This document shows positions 60,339-64,000 of a stretch of DNA of 64,000 bases, in pieces (position 1 is the first letter of the stretch; each line of letters opens with the position of its first letter). A program made the position numbers and the translations under genes. The stretch covers positions 384,001 through 448,000 of the forward strand of contig CAWFXA010000002.1 of assembly GCA_963819655.1 (NCBI GenBank). The letters are read 5' to 3'. A model generated the notes under the pieces. The model did no database searches and was not told where the DNA came from. It saw only the letters and a list, made by a program, of their open reading frames with translations. The DNA comes from an uncultured Chloroflexia bacterium (GTDB taxonomy: Bacteria > Chloroflexota > Limnocylindria > Limnocylindrales > CSP1-4).

Positions 60339-61953
60339 CGCCGGCCAGCATACGCGCGGGCGCTCGGCGGCGTCCGGCACCGCCGCCGAGCGCGAGTGCC
60401 GGCGGCACCGCGACCAGCGTCACGATCGCCGCAGCCACGAAGAGCCCGACCATGATCGACGCGGCCTCGCGCGAGGCCCACGTTTCGAGGGCCTCGACGA
60501 CCAGCGGGTCCTTGAGTGGCCGGTCGCGCAGGTCCTCCGGGATGTAGGCGAGGTAGGCGTCGGGCGTCGCGTAGACCTCCGCCGACAGCCGGTCGATCGT
60601 CGTCGAGCCGTAGGCGGTGAGGACCGCCAGCCCGACTGCCATGCCGAGCATCCGGGCGACCGTCACGACCGACGACGCCGCCCCAAAGGCGGCCCGGCCC
60701 GCCGACTCGACCGCGGCCGCCGAGCGAGGTGTCACCGACAGCCCGAACCCGAAGCCGAACAGCGCGAGGGCCAGCGCGGCATCGCCGATCGAGGTCGCCG
60801 GGGTCCAGCGCGACATCGCGAGAAGGCCGACCGCGGCGGCGGCGAGCCCGACCAGCGTCACCACGCGGTAGCTCGCGACGCGGACCGCGAAGCCGGACAG
60901 CAGGGCACCCAGCGCGGTCGCGCCGGCCAGTGCCCCGAGCGCCAGACGCTGCTCGTCCGGGCCGCCGTACAGGACCCGGTCGACGAAGACCGCCCCACCG
61001 ATGATCGCGGTCGCGAACGCATAGCCGGTCAGCAACGAGACAAGGGCCGCAGCGCTGAACGCGACGTCACCGAAGAGGCGGACATCCAGGAACGGATCCG
61101 AGCTGCGCAGCGCCAGCGCGATGGTCAGGCCGGTCGCGACGAACGAGATCGTCGCGAGGATCGCGGTCAGCTCGATCGGCTCGAGGGCTGCTGCGGGGTC
61201 CGGCGTCGCGCCGATCAGCGTCAGCGCCACGAGCCCGCTCGCGAGCGCAAGTCCGAAGAGCGCGGCACCGAGCAGGTCGATGCGACCGCTGCGGCGTGGC
61301 GTCTCCCACCCCGGTGACGCCGCCCAGGCGAGCAGCATGGCGCCGATGGCGATCGGGACGTTGACGAAGAAGATCCACCGCCACGCGGGGCCCAGGACGG
61401 CGGCGACCGCCGAGTCGGCCCAGCCAGCGCCGGCGAGCGCCGAGTCCGGATGGATCGCGGACAGGATCGCGGCGCCAAGGAACGGTCCGGCGGCCATGCC
61501 CAGGAACGTGAGCGCGCCGATCGCGCCGAGGGCACGCGCGCGCCCGTGCCCGTCGTACAGGTGGGCGGCCGCCGCCGTGCCGACCGGCACGAGCACGCCA
61601 CCGCCGACTGCCTGGACGACCCGACCCGCGATGAGCTGGTCGAGGTCCTGGGCCATGCCGGCCAGCAGGGAACCGACCGTGAAGATCCCCAGCGCCGCGA
61701 TGAACAGCCGACGCGCGCCCCACAGGTCAGCCAGGCGGCCGGCAAGCGGCATCATCAGGATGTACACCAGCAGGTAGCCATTGATGATCCAGCTCGCCTT
61801 GCGGAGCTCGATCCAGGCGGACGTCCCGTTCGCGGCCACGAGATCGGCGAGGATCGAGGGGAGGGCGACCGCGGTGATCATGAGCTCCAGTCCCGCCAGG
61901 AACACACCCGTCCCGAAGACCGTGAGCAGCACGAATCGCGAACCGGCACTCAT
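60307..61953 (-). CDS. MFS transporter (DHA2/14-TM type)
   Basis: WIINGYLL, GRLADLWGARR motif A, GRVVQAVGGG, WRWIFFVNVP. Confidence 0.9.
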   Translation of the reverse strand: MSAGSRFVLLTVFGTGVFLAGLELMITAVALPSILADLVAANGTSAWIELRKASWIINGYLLVYILMMPLAGRLADLWGARRLFIAALGIFTVGSLLAGMAQDLDQLIAGRVVQAVGGGVLVPVGTAAAAHLYDGHGRARALGAIGALTFLGMAAGPFLGAAILSAIHPDSALAGAGWADSAVAAVLGPAWRWIFFVNVPIAIGAMLLAWAASPGWETPRRSGRIDLLGAALFGLALASGLVALTLIGATPDPAAALEPIELTAILATISFVATGLTIALALRSSDPFLDVRLFGDVAFSAAALVSLLTGYAFATAIIGGAVFVDRVLYGGPDEQRLALGALAGATALGALLSGFAVRVASYRVVTLVGLAAAAVGLLAMSRWTPATSIGDAALALALFGFGFGLSVTPRSAAAVESAGRAAFGAASSVVTVARMLGMAVGLAVLTAYGSTTIDRLSAEVYATPDAYLAYIPEDLRDRPLKDPLVVEALETWASREAASIMVGLFVAAAIVTLVAVPPALALGGGAGRRRAPARMLAGDGAADPGLIL

Positions 61954-62007
61954 CGGCGGGAGTGTAGTCGGGGCAGGGCCATTGACCGCCGTGACGCCGC
62001 GTCGCGG

Positions 62008-62136
62008 ATGTCGCGCCACCCGACGTCGATCGGTCGCTGGCCGCGCGGAACGACCGTGGTGCGGGTCATCCTCGGAGCGATCGTGGCGATCATCGTCGGA
62101 GGCTGGCTGGTCACGCTGCTCGCCGCGGCGCTCTGA
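62008..62136 (+). CDS. Possible 42-aa single-TM small protein
   Basis: MSRHPTSIGRWPRGTTVVRVILGAIVAIIVGGWLVTLLAAAL; basic N-terminus plus hydrophobic helix. Confidence 0.35.
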   Translation: MSRHPTSIGRWPRGTTVVRVILGAIVAIIVGGWLVTLLAAAL

Positions 62137-62167
62137 CCGACATCGCGGCAACGGTCGCCCCCGTTGG

Positions 62168-62357
62168 TGACCGACGGTCAACGTTTTCCACTCCGGCAGC
62201 CCCCGGGATCGCCTGGAGGAATCCTGCCCGCGGGGCTCGGTGACCGACGGTCAGCAGAAAGGGTCGATCGCGGCATTGCGGTGACCTGGAGTCACCATCG
62301 AAAGCGCACCGGATCTAGCAGATCGAACCGTGGCGCGAAAACGTTGACCCACGGTCA
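62168..62357. promoter_or_regulatory. Cluster of four TGACC-N3-(G/A)GTCA palindromes
   Basis: Sites at 62168, 62241, 62282 and 62345. Confidence 0.5.
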
Positions 62358-62419
62358 GCAACGGATCGGTCCGTGGGCCTGCGCCCGGCAGCGTGAGCCA
62401 CTACCTGCCCGCGGCGCCC

Positions 62420-62480
62420 TTGACACCCATCAGTCCGCCGCAATAGCATCAACGCCCGTTGATATCAACCGCCGTTGATG
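62420..62480 (+). promoter_or_regulatory. arsR promoter with tandem ATCAAC-N4-GTTGAT operators
   Basis: TTGACA-N18-TAGCAT; palindromes at 62448-62463 and 62464-62479. Confidence 0.75.
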
Positions 62481-62520
62481 CGACGGTCGACGTCCCCCGA
62501 TCTCGGAGTTCCCCCCACCC

Positions 62521-62853
62521 GTGCCGACCCCCGCGCGATTCCGGTCCACGCTCGCCTCGATCGTCGTCCAGCCCGACGACCTCCGCGAGCTGCGTGCGTT
62601 CCACAAGGCTCTCGCCGACGTGAACCGCCTGCGCATCGTCCGCCGGCTCGCGGAGGGTGAGGCAAGCGTCGCCGACCTCATCGCGCACGTCGGGCTATCA
62701 CAGCCGCTCGTGAGCCACCATCTGAAGCGCCTGCGCGTGGCGGGACTCGTCGAAACACGGCGGGTCGGCCGCGAGACCATCTGCACGCTTCGCCCCGAGG
62801 CGTTCGGCGAGGTCGCCGCGCGTGAGCGCGCCATCCTGGGCATCGCCAGTTGA
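62521..62853 (+). CDS. ArsR/SmtB family transcriptional regulator
   Basis: KALADVNRLRIV, LSQPLVSHHLKRLRVAGLV..RR.GR. Confidence 0.9.
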   Translation: MPTPARFRSTLASIVVQPDDLRELRAFHKALADVNRLRIVRRLAEGEASVADLIAHVGLSQPLVSHHLKRLRVAGLVETRRVGRETICTLRPEAFGEVAARERAILGIAS

Positions 62854-63500
62854 CGATCTCGAACCAGGCCCGTGACCGGGTCAAGGGCGTCTTCGAGCCG
62901 ATCGCGCTGGCGCTGGGCCGGCTCGGCTTGACGCCGGATGGCCTTACCCTCATCGGCTTCGGGATCACCGTCCTCGGCGCCGGCCTGATCGCGCTCGGCT
63001 ATTGGACCGTCGGCGGTATCGTCGTGTTCGCCGGCGGCGTGTTCGACATGTTCGACGGCACCCTGGCCCGCGCGACCGGCAAGGTCAGCCGCCTGGGTGC
63101 GTTCATGGATTCCGTCTTCGACCGGTGGGGCGAGGCGCTCGTCTACCTCGGCATCGTCGCCGGCGCGGTCCTGGGCGGCCACCAGCGTGTCCCGATCCTC
63201 GCCGCCGCGGCGATGGGCGCAGCGTTCATGGTGAGCTACGTCAGGGCGAAGTCCGAGGGTCTCGGCTTCGCAACCGGGAAGGGCATGGCGGCGGTCGGGA
63301 TCATGCCCCGCGAGGTCAGGCTGGTGATCCTCGCCGTGGGGCTGGTGCTGACGAACGGCCCGGACATCAAGGCCATCGAGTTCGCCCTCGCGATCATCGC
63401 GATCGGAGCGACCATCACGACGATCCAGCGGATCCTGCACGTCCGCGCGCAAGCCAACCGGGAGGCGTCGAGCCGACCGACCGAACAGGAGCACACGTGA
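62850..63500 (+). CDS. pgsA: CDP-alcohol phosphatidyltransferase (PI/PIP synthase type)
   Basis: DMFDGTLAR...[10 protein letters not shown] signature, VSYVRAKSE; coupled to ino1. Confidence 0.88.
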   Translation: MTISNQARDRVKGVFEPIALALGRLGLTPDGLTLIGFGITVLGAGLIALGYWTVGGIVVFAGGVFDMFDGTLARATGKVSRLGAFMDSVFDRWGEALVYLGIVAGAVLGGHQRVPILAAAAMGAAFMVSYVRAKSEGLGFATGKGMAAVGIMPREVRLVILAVGLVLTNGPDIKAIEFALAIIAIGATITTIQRILHVRAQANREASSRPTEQEHT

Positions 63501-64000
63501 GCACGAACGGAAAGAGCGGCAAGAACGGCAACGGCAAGGGCGGCACGACGCCGTCGAACACGTGGGCGGGCGCCGGTCGGCGCGGCGACGGCAAGGTCCG
63601 CGTCGCGATCGTCGGCGTCGGCAACTGCGCCAGCAGCCTCGTCCAGGGGCGGTACTACTACGAGAACGCCAACCACGACGACTTCGTCCCGGGGCTGATG
63701 CACGTGAACCTGGGTGGCTATCACGTCCGCGACATCGAGTTCGTCGCCGCCTTCGACATCGACAAGAACAAGGTCGGCAAGGACCTCGGCGAAGCGATCT
63801 ACACGAAGCCCAACAACACGATCACGTTCCAGCAGGTCGCCACGCTCGGCGTGCCCGTCGAGCGCGGGATGGTCCACGACGGGCTCGGCAAGTACCTGAG
63901 CGAGATCATCGAGAAGGCACCGGGCGAAACCGCCGACATCGTCGGCATCCTGCGCGAGCGCGAGGTCGACGTGATGGTGTCGTACCTGCCGGTCGGCAGC
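63497..64000 (+). CDS. ino1: myo-inositol-1-phosphate synthase (3' truncated by window edge)
   Basis: [52 protein letters not shown]. Confidence 0.95.
   Translation, partial: MSTNGKSGKNGNGKGGTTPSNTWAGAGRRGDGKVRVAIVGVGNCASSLVQGRYYYENANHDDFVPGLMHVNLGGYHVRDIEFVAAFDIDKNKVGKDLGEAIYTKPNNTITFQQVATLGVPVERGMVHDGLGKYLSEIIEKAPGETADIVGILREREVDVMVSYLPVGS

Overview
High-GC (~70%) bacterial chromosomal window with no rRNA, tRNA, CRISPR array, transposase or prophage that I can support. Gene content and order suggest Chloroflexota, possibly a Limnocylindria-like lineage (inference only). Main blocks: livJHMGF branched-chain amino-acid ABC transporter; FtsX-type permease plus double ATPase; a PD-(D/E)XK-like gene with hpt; csoR; an orphan histidine kinase; rsmG-metallophosphoesterase-kimA-USP-trkA-trkA; a heat-shock operon hspR-lon-cbpA-clpB-nudix; a vWA lipoprotein; purH; glpX-yeiH-MBL/rhodanese-kynU-F420 LLM; folK; a MidA/NDUFAF7 methyltransferase; a complete complex I operon; otsB, tlpA, sortase-like gene, corA, MFS; and arsR-pgsA-ino1. 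The standout is the complex I operon (nuoABCDH-I'E'-F-G'I''-JKLMN). nuoI appears split, with an electron-input module inserted between its two [4Fe-4S] motifs. The N-half is fused to a cluster-less NuoE fragment. The C-half is fused to a NuoG-like protein carrying a GltD/NfnB-type FAD/NADPH domain, and NuoF is degenerate. Other notable signals: a four-copy intergenic hairpin family with covarying stems, pervasive leaderless-type TANNNT-N6-9-ATG starts, an Hsp20-like micro-ORF before hspR, a Cys-to-Ser sortase-like protein, and two probable frameshifts.
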